The notes under the pieces: generated by a model
What the model saw: only the letters and a program-made list of their open reading frames with translations
The model's database searches: none
What the model was told of the DNA's origin: nothing
Part shown: piece by piece, positions 1-13,156 of the stretch
How the letters are laid out: the number at the start of each line of letters is the position of its first letter
Numbering within the stretch: the first letter of the stretch is position 1
Assembly (NCBI GenBank): GCA_038087875.1
Contig: CM075989.1
Location: 17,672,001-17,736,000, forward strand
Length of the DNA: 64,000 nt
Reading direction: 5' to 3'
DNA from: Malacoraja senta
Lineage: Eukaryota
Made by a program: the position numbers and the translations under genes

Positions 1-448
1 TGAAAAATGAAAATCTTCTTAAATTCAATCTCTTGCTGTCATTTGATAAGTGGCATAAATGTACTTTGTGTCAGAATATGAATGGGCAAGCAGCCACAAC
101 TGTTGTATATAACTTAAAATTATTAATAGCTTCATTCCTTCAACCAATGTTAGCACTATAACGCACACTGAAAAGAATAAATAACTTGCATTTATTTACC
201 AACTTACATTCAGTACATCCCAAAGTGCATTACAAAAAATAAATTATTTATTGATTTTTTTGTTATTGATGGAAAAGCAGGAGTCAACAATTATTCTTAG
301 ATATGCAATATAATCACCAGACGACTAAATATGACACATGATTTGAAGCAGGATTCAACTATTCATCTGTGCTCCACCATACAATAAGATCAGGAGCAAT
401 TGTTTATCTTAGTGCCACTATGCACCAATACCAGAATTCTTGATTCCA

Positions 449-1097
449 GAACGTGTTTCCAGCTCCAGGTTCCTGGGGGTCAACATCTCCGATGACCTGT
501 CTTGGACCCACAATACCTCAACTCTGGTCAAGAAGGCTCACCAGCGTCTCTTCTTCCTGAGGAGACTAAAGAAGGTCCATCTGTCTCCTCAGATTCTGGT
601 GAACCTCTACCGCTGCATCATCGAGAGCATCCTTACCAACTGTATCACAGTATGATATGGCAACTGCTCTGTCTCCGACCGGAAAGCACTGCAGAGGGTG
701 GTGAAAATTGCATCACCGGTTCCTCACCCCTCCATTGAGTCTGTCCAAAGCAAGCGTTGTCTGCGAAGGGCGCTCAGCATCGCCAAGGACTGCTCTCACC
801 CCAACCACAGACTGTTTACCCTCCCACCATCCGGGAGGCGCTACAGGTCTCTCCGTTGCCGGACCAGCAGGTCCAGGAACAGCTTCTTCCCTGCGGCTGT
901 TACACTACTCAACACTGTACCTCGGTGACTGCCAATCACCCCCCCCCCGGAAACTCCTCCCACCAGGAAAAAATACTATGATTTATTTATTGCTCATATT
1001 TATGTCGCTCTTCTAGGGAGATGCTAACTGCATTTCGTTGTCTCTGTACTGTACACTGCACAATGACAATAAAGTTGAATCTGAATCTGAATCTGAT
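449..1097 (+). mobile_element. 5'-truncated Rex1/Babar-type LINE 3' end
   Basis: FLGVNISDDLSWTHN..KKAHQRLFFLRRLKK..ESILTNCITV*YG..SFFPAAV RT C-terminus with an in-frame stop, then AATAAA and a (GAATCT)n tail. Confidence 0.85.
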
Positions 1098-1514
1098 ACC
1101 TTTAGTATCTATAGACTAATGGTCTGTCTTGAACATGCTCGGTTCCAAAGATTCACCATCATTTGCCCAGATAAATGCAACACAAAAGAAACTTGGCAGA
1201 ATCTGGTTCAAAGTAGTCTGCTTCACTGACACGCCATCAACACTTCTACCCATCCATTCTCCCCACCATCAACACATGTTGGTTGCAGTATGTATCATCT
1301 TCAAGATGACAGGCAATCACTCACCCAGCCTTTCTGCACCTCTCAAACCTGCTACTTTTAATGTCAAGAAGTGCAAGGACAGCAGATGCATGGCTACATA
1401 GCCATCTACAAATTCCCACCAAAGCATCACAGTGGGAGTACATTCAATAGAAGGACTGCAGTGGTTCTGCAGAAAGCTGCTCACATGATCTTCCCAAGAG
1501 CCCTTAGGAATGGG

Positions 1515-1712
1515 CAATAGACAATAGGTGCAGGAGTAGGTCATTCGACCCTTCGAGCCAGCACCGCCATTCACTGTGATCATGACTGATCATCCACAAT
1601 CAGTACCGCGTTCCTGCCTTCTCCCCATATCCCTTGACTCCGCTATCTAAGTCTCTCTTGAAAGCATCCAGAGAATCGGCCGCCACTGCCTTCTGAGGCA
1701 GAGAATGCCAAT
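1515..1712 (-). mobile_element. CR1-type (HER1-like) LINE 3' end fragment
   Basis: Reverse complement resembles the CR1 3' end at 7090-7290 (..cgaatgRcctactcctgcRccta..). Similar pieces at ~15985-16100 and ~22705-22810. Confidence 0.75.
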
Positions 1713-2083
1713 TGAACGTACTCCCACTGGGATGCCTTGATGGGAATTTGTAGCTGGCCATGTACCCATTCTGCCTGTGTGCTTGAAATAATAGATTTAA
1801 CTTTCCCAGTCAGAAGGAAGAAATGATGACATTCAAGGAAAAATATACCCATGGTCAGAGTCAGGAGAAAGTAATATGTGGAGAAATTACGAGACTAGGC
1901 AGAGATAGCACAAGGACAGAGAGACTGACCTTGGTAAACCTATAACTTAAATAAATCAATTGCTACAGCACTACAATGATACACTAAATGATATACTAAA
2001 TGGATATGCAAGGTGACTTTCCTAGAAAAGAAATTCATGTCCAACGACAGTATGAACATCACTATTTAATTATGAATGCTTAC

Positions 2084-2225
2084 CTTAAGTGATCTGCAAG
2101 AGTTGACTGATTCTTCTCCCATGTGATAACTGGAAATGGGAGTCCATTAATTCCACACTCAAAGCGGGCAGTTCCATTCTCCTCCACAATCTGTGAGTGT
2201 GGCTGCTGATGAAATTGTGACAAAG
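2084..2225 (-). CDS. IGDCC4: IGDCC4 coding exon 3, first half of Ig-like domain 2
   Basis: Acceptor tttatgtttctacAG|CT and donor AG|GTAAGC; 142 nt, phase 1/2. Translates TLSQFHQQPHSQIVEENGTARFECGINGLPFPVITWEKNQSTLADHL(R), matching the IGDCC4 VEENGTARFEC..GLP.P.ITWEK pattern. Not in the ORF track. Confidence 0.92.
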
Positions 2226-2344
2226 CTGTAGAAACATAAATTTCCTTTGAACTTAAGCAGATAAAAATTTGTGTGGTGCCAGTACAACCATATTCTAAAT
2301 TTCTACTTTAGGTTTAAAAATAATACGGCTTTAGCTGCATTATG

Positions 2345-2742
2345 CTACAACGTTGCCTCGGCAGCGTTGAACCAGCGGCAGCGGTGAAGCCTTACGACGA
2401 TGGGGCCTCGGCGGTGGTGAAGCCTGGCGGGTCGACCCACGGTCGACGAGAGCGTGGAGGACCACCGTGAGGGGGGGAGGGAAGAATAATGGAGGACCCG
2501 GCGTGGGGGGACCGCCATGAGGGGGGGAAGAAGAATGGACAATGGGGAAGGTGGGAGAACAAAGGACAATGGGGACCTGGCGTGGGGGAACTGCTGTGTG
2601 GAGGGGAGGGAGTACAAAAGGAGCCGGTGTGCTTTGTAACTTTGTCAGCGCCGTAGATGGTTGCTATTTGTATACATTGGGTATGCAAGCAAAGAATCTC
2701 ACTGTACCTAGTCACATGACAATAAAGTATTCCATTCCAATT
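2345..2742 (+). mobile_element. GC-rich non-coding retroelement fragment with Rex1-like 3' tail
   Basis: GC-rich body ending gaatctcactgtacctagtcacatgacAATAAAgtattccattcc, similar to the tails of Rex1 copies in this window. Confidence 0.55.
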
Positions 2743-2997
2743 AAACCAAATTCAAAATATATATCATCATAGCTTCCAAAAATACACCACCATTCTATTA
2801 ATGGGACTTTCTGCCTTATACAAAACTCAAAACCGGGAACATATGCATTAGAAATATAATGACAGGCTTTAGTTGGTAAGCTCCTGTTGATCCTATTTGG
2901 TACATTATTCTAACGCATTCAACAACCTATAAAAATAGAAATCTGTAAAGATTAAGCAGGAAAGTCAGGATATGTGGGGGGAAAAAGCATGATTAAT

Positions 2998-3564
2998 TAG
3001 GTATGTTACAAAACTTACCTTCAGTCGCGCTGTAATTCTGCCACTGGCCGTGTGCGCGATTTTGGCGCCTTTAAGGGGGGGCGGGGTTAAAACACGGGTT
3101 TCTCCTACCTTGTCCTGAATTATATTTCGTTGGAGTACAAGCGTTTGCTGAAAAATCGTTCCTAGGGGCGTTTTGTGAATTTTTTATTTTTATTAAATCG
3201 TCAATGTCAGCGCTGGAGTAATTTTAAAAGCAGCTCCTGAAGCGTCAACGCCGATAACGGGGACGGATTTCACACACGGGACAGGTAAACGAAAGTGGTT
3301 TCTTTAAATGTATAAAAGTGCTTCTTAAGAAGCCTTTAATTCACATTTTTTCATGCGAAACGGTGATTTTATTCCCCGAACTAACGGCAGTATTTTTCAT
3401 GCCAATATGGGGTTAAATTCACCGCAAATGAACGTTCCAAAAGATCGCGTTCCAGAAATCCTGAAAGTGAATTAGGTGTCAAATTAAACTTCTTTTTATG
3501 CTTTATCTGATGGGATAAATTGCAGACTTTATTTTTAAAATCTCAAAATTTTGTAACATTGCTA
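2998..3564. mobile_element. Non-autonomous TIR DNA transposon (MITE), internally deleted copy
   Basis: Termini TAGGTATGTTACAAAA ... TTTTGTAACATTGCTA with a 7-bp TSD GATTAAT. Near-identical to 8075-9116 except for a ~475-bp internal deletion. Confidence 0.9.
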
Positions 3565-4369
3565 GATTAATGTTTCAGGCCAGAGACTCTTCAACTGAAG
3601 GATTAAGAAATGCTGGAATAGTTCTGGCAAAGGCCCTCAGACATGAAATATTAACTGTTACTTTTTCCACAGATGCTGCCTGACCTGCTGAGAGTTTCCA
3701 GTATTTTCTGCCTTTATTTCAGATTTTGAGCATCTTAAGAGTTCTTTTTGGATTTAATTAATAAATTAGGTCCTCAGATAAAATAATCCTCACATATATG
3801 AATATATTAAAAAATGTATATAAGAATGCCAATGTCTACAATGTCTCAACTAAGAGGCAAAGGATTGAAAACTCGATCGTGTAAACAATTAGTGGGTTAA
3901 CTATGGTTTTCTTTGTTTATTTCCCTACAGCATTAAAATTATGTGGTTGGGAAAATCTTGCAATGGAATCATGTAGGTTATCTCTCTCGTAGATTATATT
4001 CACAAAACCCAGCCACATTAAGAATTAACCATATGTCAGTTGCTAGCAATGTCAGCTCTGGATGAAAAGGTTGCAAGTTCAAGATGCTCAGGAAACTCAA
4101 ATACTAAAACCTAAATGGATTGTTAGCATTGGATTTAGGGAATTCTGCACTGAGGTATCTGAGAATTCAGTACTCTCAGGTATCCAGACCTATATTTATC
4201 CCACAATCACCATGACAAAAGCAGATCCTGACATTATCGTTTGTGAAAACATCTTGCATACTAAATGACTGCCATGTCTCTGAAATTAAACAATGACGAC
4301 ACTTTGAAGTATATAATTACCTATGAAACATTTATGGACAACTGAGGCCTTTAAAGGCTACATAGAAAG

Positions 4370-4690
4370 GCTACACAGAACAGTACATCACAGGAACAGG
4401 CCCTTCAGCCCATCATGTCAGTGCAGAACATGATGCCATGATAAACCGATCTCATCTGCCTGCACGTGATCCATATCCCTCTCTTTGCTGCGTATCCACG
4501 TGCCTATCCAAAGGCATCACGATTGTATCTGCCTCCACCACCACCTGGCAGCTCGTTCAAGGCCTCCATTAGTAAAAAAACTTGCCCAGTACATTCCATT
4601 CAATTTTGCCCCTCTCGCTTTAAAGCCTTTGATATTTTCACCTTTGGAAAAAGATTCTGACAGCCCATGCTTCTCATAATCTTATCAAGA
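4370..4690 (-). mobile_element. Degenerate CR1-type LINE 3' fragment
   Basis: Similar to 41060-41735 and 59135-59405 (acaggcccttc..ccca..atctgcctgcac..ccatatccct). Confidence 0.6.
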
Positions 4691-5809
4691 TGAACGGATT
4701 GAATCTCAAAGACTGACAGCAACATCCTAACAAGGCGTTTCATTAAACTAAATTGACAGGAAGATATGTAACAGCATAAGAACATTAGAGATAGATGTGG
4801 GGATAGGCCATTCAGCTTCTTGTTCCTACTCTGCTATTCAATAACATTATGGCTAAGCTTATACACCCATATCATCTTCTGGCACCAAACCTCGTTCATG
4901 TTAATATCTGGGTGACAGAAAGTAGGAATAAAGTGCACATAAGCATGGGTTGCAATTGCCTTAGAATAGACTATACTGTACTACTGTATATGGAAGGGGA
5001 GAGACAGAAACTATATCTGTATGTAAGAAAAAAAAGTGTGGTGAGTAAGGATTATAAGCTGCTGGCACAAAATTGATTTTAAAGCACCACCATCCACACC
5101 CCCCACCCGTGACAAATGAGTGGCTACCGACTTAACATTCCTGGAGAGAGACTATAAAAAAGGTCAAAGAGGAGAGCAAAAAAAAACGTGGGCAGTGTGA
5201 CAGTACTGATTAAAGAAGATATTAAAGCTCTGGAAAGGATGCCCTTGAAAGGTCAATGAGAGAAACCGTTTCAGTTACTCAGCCAGGAAAGTTGCATTAC
5301 AGAAAACCATCAGGTAATGAGAGGGAGCTGAAGAAGCAAACCTGCAGACTAATGAAAAGAAATTGGAACCAGACTGAATACTGTACGCTAAGAGAAGTGA
5401 AGAGGAAAATAAGGCAGGGAAATAAAATGAAAACCGAATGCCAGTTAACATGAAAGGGAGCCAAAGTTTTCTTGAGGCAATAAACCCATAAGAATATAAG
5501 AAAATAGCATGCATATCAGCCCTTCAAGCCTGCCATGCCATGTAATAAGATTATGCCCAGGCCTCACCTCCCAGGCTGTGCCAGTTCCCCATATCCCTCA
5601 CATCCATGATCTTTCAAAAATGTCTTTACATCTTCTTTCAATATCCCCAATGATTTATCTCCACAACCATCCAGGATAGAGAATTCCAGACATTCAGCAG
5701 CATCTGCACAAAGATCCTATGCACCTCAGTTTTAAGCTCGTCTTTCATTCTTCTAAACTTCAAATATAAATCCAATTTCATTAGCTGCCTGTGACAGGCA
5801 TTTTGGTCA

Positions 5810-6200
5810 GGTTCTGCATGGTGGGCTCCAGGTAAGGAAGCAGAGGGTAATGGCGGAAGTTTGTTTTTCATACTGGAGGCCTGCAACTAGGTGCACCTCA
5901 GAATCCTGCTGCTGTTTATATCAATGTGAATTTAGAAGGCATGATTAGCAAGTTTGCAGATGACACTAAGTGTGTAGTACAGCAGGATGTTGATCAGTCG
6001 GGCAAGTTGGCTGAGGAATAGTTAATGGAGTTTAGTGCAGATAAGTGTGAGGTAGTGTATTTTAGGAAGTTATACCAGAACGGCAGGGCCCTGGGGACTG
6101 TGTTAAAGCAGAAGGATCTATGAGTGAAGGTACATAGTTCCTTGAAAGTGCTGTCATAGGTACATACATAGGGTGGTCAAGAAGGCTTTAGGTACATTGA
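5810..6200 (+). mobile_element. Degenerate CR1 RT fragment
   Basis: attagcaagtttgcagatgacactaag = ISKFADDTK, the RT catalytic motif region, with frameshifts. Confidence 0.7.
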
Positions 6201-6466
6201 CCTGTTTCCCTGATGTATAATTCTATGACTTTAGATTTTGTATATTTTGAAAAGTACGTTCCAAATGTCAAGAATACTTTCTAATATGATTATTATAACT
6301 TAGTAAATGTGTAATTTGGCATGGATATCTCCAGCAATATTTACACATGAGCCAAACAAAAGCATGGTCCAATTAGTGGTTTAAACTAATACAACCCATT
6401 TACACAGAAGATCATAATAGAGGGTTTTCTCTTAAAAGTCATTAAATTAGCCACACATACACTTAC

Positions 6467-6781
6467 TGGAGAATCTGATCAATGCAGTCCTACTAACTAC
6501 GGCTCCAAAGGAATTTTCAGACATGCAGGTATAACTCCTATCACTGCTGCCTCCATCTTGATCTGTAAACGATCTTGACACTCCAGCGATGAATAATGAT
6601 CCATTCGGAATCACACGGTGGTGTTCTTGATCCACGAGAGGAATTCCCTCTTCCTTCCACGTCGTATTAGCAGGCTGATCAACAGCAGGCAGGTTGCAAT
6701 CCAACACCACAGTTTGGTTGGGCTGCAGTATCACCTCGACAGGGCCAACACTGCAACTTAGCTCCAGAGAACTCACATTGT
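6467..6781 (-). CDS. IGDCC4: IGDCC4 coding exon 2, first Ig-like domain
   Basis: Acceptor ttttcatctAG|ACAAT and donor A|GTAAGT; 315 nt, phase 1/1. Encodes DNVSSLELSCSVGPVEVILQPNQTVVLDC...W...IPNGSLFI...YTCMSENSFGAVVSRTALIRFS. The ELSCxVGP start and C-W-YxC Ig core resemble IGDCC4/NOPE as I recall it. Confidence 0.9.
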
Positions 6782-6915
6782 CTAGATGAAAAATAGTAAA
6801 ATGGTAATCACATTAGAAAGTAAAAGCTGAAAACAACAGTTATTGTAGTTCACAATTAACACAGCCCAGCTCATATGGGAGAGGTGAGGGGAACTTGTGG
6901 GTGGAATGTGTTTGT

Positions 6916-7292
6916 AACTTACAAAATTCTTAAAGGGTTGGACAGGCTAGATGCAGGAAGATTGTTCCCGATGTTGGGGAAGTCCAGAACAAGGGGTCAC
7001 AGTTTAAGGATAAGGGGGAAGTCTTTTTGGACCGAGATGAGAAAAAAATATTTCACACAGAGAGTGGTGAATCTGCGGAATTCTCTGCCACAGAAGGTAG
7101 TTGAGGCCAGTTCATTGGCTATATTTAAGAGGGAGTTAGATGTGGCCCTTGTGGCTAAAGGGATCAGGGGGTATGGAGAGAAGGCAGGTACAGGATACTG
7201 AGTTGGATGATCAGCCATGATCATATTGAATGGCGGTGCAGGCTCGAAGGGCCGAATGGCCTACTCCTGCGCCTATTTTCTATGTTTCTATG
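6916..7292 (+). mobile_element. Young 5'-truncated CR1 LINE 3' end
   Basis: Open ORF2 C-terminus TYKILKGLDRLDAGRLFP..RTRGHSLRIRG..FTQRVVNL.NSLPQKVVEA.., 3' hairpin and ttctatgtttctatg tail. Confidence 0.9.
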
Positions 7293-7580
7293 TAATGCGG
7301 TAGAACCAAGAGAGGGAGGATTCAAAAATGGGAGGACTGGAGGACGATCAAATGGAGGGGTAGGGGGGAAACATACGTGGGGTGGGTTATCTAAAATTGG
7401 AAAATTCAATGTTCATGCCATTGGGTTGTGCACTACCCTAGCAGAATATGAGGTGCAGTTCCTGCAGTTTATGTTGGGCCTTACCCTGGCAGCAGAGAAG
7501 GCAGAGGTTCGACACATTGTTGAGGGAGTGAGAAGAGGAATTAAAATGGCACATAACTAGGAGCTTGGATGGTGGTTGTA
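7293..7580 (-). mobile_element. Degenerate Penelope-like element 3' fragment
   Basis: Minus strand reads ..HLIFC*GSAQPNGMNIEFSNFR*, homologous to the GIY-YIG C-terminus at 44220-44295. Confidence 0.7.
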
Positions 7581-8074
7581 GATTCAGGAACAGCTTCTTC
7601 CTTGCTGTTATCAGATTATCAAACGGCCCTTTCCCAATCTACTTTGTTGCAGACATTACACTTTATTAAATACTTCTGTAGTTTCTCTGCAGCTGTAACA
7701 CTATATTCTGCACTCCGTTGATTTTCTCTTTCCACTACCTATTGTATTTGTATTTAGTTTGATTTACCTAGACACCACACACAAAACAAAGTTTTCACTA
7801 TATTCACTATATTACGTGTATCACTATACACGTAACAAAGCATGACCTAAAGTACGAGGAAATGATCCCTTGCAAGCTATATCGTTTGATTTTTTATATA
7901 CTGTTAATATTCAGAAACAGATTAGTGCACAGGTTTCAGGACCACAACTGACTTACTTGCCAAAAAACATTTCTGTATGGATAGATCTGTAATGATGATT
8001 TCTATTTCAACAACTTACAAATGGTTGGTGGTATCTGCCCCCGAGTGCCTCCAGCACTCTATATTTTGTTTATA

Positions 8075-9116
8075 TAGGTATGTTACAAAACGTACCTTCA
8101 GTCGCGCTGTAATTCTGCCACTGGCCGTGTGCGCGATTTTGGCGCCTTTAAGGGGGGGGCGGGGTTAAAACGCGGTTTCTCCTACCTTGTCCTGGGAATA
8201 TTTTGTTGGAGTACAAGCGTTGGCTGACAAAATCGTTCCTAGTGGCGATTTGTGAATTTTTAATTTTTATTAAATCGTCAATGTCAGCGCTACAGTCATT
8301 TTAAAAGCAGCTCCTGAAGCGTCAACGCCGATAACGGGGACGGATTTCACACAATGGACAGGTAAACGAAAGTGCTTTCTTTAAATGTATAAAAGTGCTT
8401 CTTAAGAAGCCTTTAATTCACAATTTTTCATGCGACACGGTGATTTTATTCCCCGAATTAACGGCAGTATTTTTCATGCCAATACGGGGTTAAATTCACT
8501 GCAAATGAACGTTCCAAAAGATCGCGTTCCAGCAAATCCTCACTCGCAAGATGAATTAAATCCCCATTAATTTACAGGTATTAAACATTCAATTCCTTCC
8601 ATTTGGCCTGTAAATTCATGAAAATTAGATTTAAAAATTATGTTATATTGTGAATTATTGTGTGAATGTTATTTGGACACTTAGGCTATTTAAAAATGTT
8701 AATCTATTCTTAAGAAATTGATAGATGTTTAGATCTAGTAATTGAATTTTGTAATTAGCTACAATTAGGTAACTAACTAATTATATGCTTTACTTTCATG
8801 TCTTCAAAGTAAGATTGTTTCATATTTGTTTCAGAATGCTTCAATCTATAATACCTGAAAATTTCTTTCAGTTACCATAATTTTTAAGAAAGTTATGGGC
8901 TTTTAACTGTCCTCGATCACAGCTTTTGTGTTAAGTCAATGGAAAAGCAATAGGGAACTAGATGCTAATTTCTGAGTATGATAATGGCCATAACTTTTTT
9001 AATACTGAAGATATGAAAGTGAATTAAGTGTCAAATTAAACTTCTTTTTATGCTTTATCTGATGGGATAAATTGCAGACTTTATTTTTAAAATCTCAAAA
9101 TTTTGTAACATTGCTA
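8075..9116. mobile_element. Non-autonomous TIR DNA transposon (MITE), longer copy
   Basis: Same imperfect TIRs, with a 7-bp TSD GTTTATA at 8068-8074 and 9117-9123. Confidence 0.9.
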
Positions 9117-10611
9117 GTTTATAGAGCAAATCTGCGCAGGCCAATACTATGAAAGAGCGATCCATCTATTCTTTCTTTTACATATGTTATAATTGAACAG
9201 AGTCCTGTTATAGAATTACCAGAGACCAACAGACACGATGAAGACTACAGAATAAAGGTCTAAATTTGAACCCCAACTAAATCAGATTCAGCAAATTCTG
9301 TATAGTAGTCCAAAGCCTGCTTGGAAAGACATCTGACCCACCAAATAAAACTTGATTGATATGCTGTGAGCTGCAAAAATTCACACAATCAAATTGAAAA
9401 ATGAAAATATGGATAAAAAAGACAAACCAATGCCAATCGAATATTATCGTTGGAAAATAAACATGGAAGAAAGATGAAATAACGAAGTATTTTAATCTCA
9501 TATATGGTCCCACTGTATAAATGGAGGAATTTTTAAAATGATGTCACTGGGCAAGTTCAATGTGTCACCAAATCAAGCATATGTAGAGTTTAATGCAAAG
9601 TATAGCATATAAAATATTTGTAAAGAACAAAGACTAATCATCTGCACAGTTGCTTTCAATATAGTCACATGTTCTATCTCAACAAACACTCAGGTTGGGA
9701 TGAAAGGAATGAAAACACATTTCAAAATGGCTGGGCCATACTTTGCTCATTCACAAAGAGTGATACCAAGCAATTAAGTCTAAATGTTATGCTTTTCATT
9801 ACCAGGCCTGGTTGAATTCGGCTTACACAGTTGAGTGAGCAAAGAAAAAGGGACAAAAAAAAAATTCAAGGTCTACCACAGCTTCTGCCAGCGGGTCGGA
9901 AGTCTCCTTGGGATAAATAGACACTGTAAAACAGCAGTGGTACCCTTTAGAACAGAACAGTTTGCTGATATTTTCTATGTCCAAAAACTGAGATGATACA
10001 TTTTGATAAAATAACAGCGGTAATGAAAATGGAGAGCCGTCTCAAGGACATCGAAGGTCAGGAATATTCAGAGAACATGGTCATTAAACATTAAAGGTAT
10101 TCATGTTTGATAAAGTTGTAAATTAAAAAAAAATTCTACATTCTCTCTTGAGCTGTCCGCAATATAGAAGCCAAAAGATGACCATGAGCCAAGATATGAG
10201 TTGTGTACAGTCCACATTATTGCAAAAAGAATGGGTAAAACATAAAATATGAAAAGAGTTAAAAAAATTATGGCAGAATAATACAAGTGTTTAAAGTAAT
10301 GAAAGAATGCAAAGAAGTCAAAGGAAAGAACATTCTGTTAAGAATGAGTGGTCACAGGTGAAATGCAGGAGATTTGGAACTGAATGCAAGAACATCTTCT
10401 GTACCAGAGTATTGAGAGGCTGTGGAATTTACAGTGGCAAGAAATGTGCCCACATTCAAGATTATAGCAAGTGGGTAGATACTAGAGAAACAATTTAAGG
10501 GATATGGAAACTTGGTATATAAATATAACTGGAACTATTGTGCAGCGGAAAACAAGAACTCTTTGGTCTATCTATGTTTACCCCACATTACTATAAAGAA
10601 TGTCTTGAGTT

Positions 10612-10937
10612 TTTAAGAGTTTAGAGTTTTGAGATACAGCGCGGAAACAGGCCCTTCGGCCACCCGGGTCCGCGCCGACCAGCGATCCCCGCACATTAAC
10701 ACTATCCTACACGCACTAGGGACAATTTTTACATTTACCAAGGAATTAACCTGCAAACCTGTACGTCTTAGGAGTGTGTGAGGAAACCGAAGATCTCTGC
10801 GAAACCCCATGCAGATCACGGGGAGAACGTACAAACTCTGTACAGACAGCACCTGTAGTCTGGTTCGAACCTGGGTCTCCAGCGCTGCATTCGCTGCAAG
10901 GCAGCAACTCTACCGCTGCGCCACTGTGACTGCCCAA
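10612..10937 (-). mobile_element. tRNA-derived V-SINE (HE1-like)
   Basis: Box A TGGCGCAGCGG, box B GGTTCGAACC, V-domain-like ggtgctgtctgtacagagtttgtacgttctcccc, and CR1-like 3' tail gggcctgtttccgcgctgtatctc. Confidence 0.85.
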
Positions 10938-11249
10938 AGTAGGGTATTTGCTTGTGAAAGCAAATCTAAATAGTTTCATGAACTGAGGGTTGAAAACAGT
11001 TGGCAAAGAGGCAAGAAACAAATGGAAAATATTACCTCTAGTTGGGATATAAATAGTCTCATTGAATTAACCCAACCAATTTGACAAATATTATGAACTT
11101 CATGAAAAGATGGCTGCTGGTTAAACCAATTCAATTTAAATTATATTTCTGGTAAATTTACAACAAATAGGCATGTTACCACAGAATAGTTGTGTGTTTT
11201 AAATTTGATCAACTTTTAACTGGTCACCTTTCTAACAACTAGTAAAGAG

Positions 11250-11870
11250 CCAAGAGTTTTATTGTCATGTCCCAAACAATTATATTCTTACTTGCAGCAA
11301 CGCAACAGATATGTAAACATAGTACGCTGTAAGCACCATAATAAACAACAAAAATGTTCAGTATATAAAAAAACAATCATAGTTCAAAGACAAAAACTAC
11401 CCCACCCAAGTCTTTGTAGCTCAAAGCTTATCTGGAAGTTGCAGTGGTTAATAGCCTGATGGTTTTTGGGAAGAAGCTGCTCCTGCACCTGGTCTTTACA
11501 GGTATCAGGTTCCTTCTTCCCGATGACAGGAGTGCAATGAGAGCTTGGTCAAGGTGGTGAGGATCACTGACGATGCTGGCTGTCCTTTTGAGGCAACGAC
11601 TCCTGTATATCCCTTCAATGGTGGGGAGGTCAGTACCCGTGATGGATACTGTTCAGCCAAGTGTTCACCACTTTTTGCAGTCTTCTTCATTTCTGGGCGT
11701 TCGAGTTGCCGAACCAGGCTGTGATGCATCCAGACAATATGCTCTCTGCTGTACAACTACAGAAGTTCAAGAGAGTATTCGTCGACATACCAAATCTCCT
11801 CAATCTTCTAAGGAAGTGGAGACGTTGATGGGCATTCTTTATGATTGCATCAATGCGCTGGGTCCTACCT
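11250..11870 (-). mobile_element. Rex1/Babar-type LINE 3' fragment
   Basis: IIKNAHQRLHFLRRLRRFGMSTNTLLNF..ESILSGCITAWFGNSNAQ; 3' end with gacaataaaa. Confidence 0.85.
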
Positions 11871-12448
11871 AATCTTTTTAAGGCAACCGATTGCTGAAGT
11901 TGATGAGTAAAGCAATGAAATGATTTAATGAAAACCATAGAAACCAACATAGAATTTAAATTAACAAGGAGAATAGTTAAATGTGACATAATTCTGTTAG
12001 GCAAATATCTCAGAGTAGCCACACTGGAACTCTAATGCAAATGTTCCACAAACTCCTCAAGTAGAACATTAAACCACACACCTCAAATTTTCACTGCTGA
12101 CAGCAAAAGTATACGACTCTGAACATAAAGTTCAAGAACACAGCCAAGAACATAGTTGTATCTTGGATGAAGGCAATATATTCAGTTAATATACAAATTT
12201 ACAACACAGATGTTTCAATGAGAAGAATTCACTGCCAATATTGAAAGCCCCTCTGGCATATAATTTTAATGCAGGGAAATAAGGCTGTGCTGATTACCAA
12301 CTGACAAATTCTGGGTTCTAGTGAATACTTCAGGCTCATTAAAAGTGCTTAAGGACTAAACATGTGACACTGCATTGGCCAATAATTTTATACCAAAATC
12401 AAAATGCATACATTCCATTTTAAGTACTTCATAATCAGTGAGTAGGCT

Positions 12449-12568
12449 GGGATGGAAGATTGCAACCTTCGACGAATGCAATCAACCCAGCGTGCACAAT
12501 CAAATAAGATCAAATAAAACAAGTTGTCCTACAACTTTAGGCTGTGCACGCCATACGCAAGAAGAAGA
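12449..12568 (+). mobile_element. Short retroposed 3' tail ending in (AAG)n
   Basis: Flanked by a near-perfect 12-bp TSD AGTGAGT(A/C)GGCT at 12437-12448 and 12569-12580. Confidence 0.65.
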
Positions 12569-13156
12569 AGTGAGTCGGCTTGTCAGTAAATCTTCTGCCT
12601 GTGAAATGGGTGGGAGTGGGGCAGTGAGAAATGTGTATGTTGAGTCAAAGGCTTCCCTTGCATGCTGGAGTCAGCCATTCCCCATCCCCCCAAAGGCAAT
12701 GGCCATTGGTTCCATTTAAGATAATGTAGCATTCTTCTTGTATATGTTGGGCACTAAAGTCAGTTGAGCCTACTCAAAATGCGGATGTAAATGTCTCCAA
12801 AAAAACATGGTATACCTTAGGCTGCTCTAGAAAGCCTGGGGGTGGGAGAGGGTAATTGTGCTGGAGCTGTGACTGATGGTTTTTTTTCATTGTCTGCAGA
12901 AGTGCCAGATGTTCGGTGTTGGGACCCTTCTTCAAACTGATTGTAAAGGGGGAAAAGGGAACTTGATGGCTGGCAAAGACACAATGAATGGCCTGTCATA
13001 AGTTATCCTTACACAATGCATGTGGAATTTCTTCCAATATATTTGTTACCATTATTTTGTATGTATTCTGGCAGAAAAAGCAAAGTTAGAAAGGGCTTTC
13101 TGCCATCTACATACAAAGCACTGAACCCATCCCTTCCTGTTCACCAGCTTTCATTT

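Noticed and set aside
1940..2025. Acceptor-like site just after exon 3 as a possible exon 4
   Set aside because: The intron would be ~60 nt, the peptide is not Ig-like and it hits a stop. Exon 4 probably lies outside the window.
10860..10935. tRNA gene (A and B boxes)
   Set aside because: It is the tRNA-derived head of a SINE, continuous with the V-domain and LINE-like tail; the same holds for the other copies.
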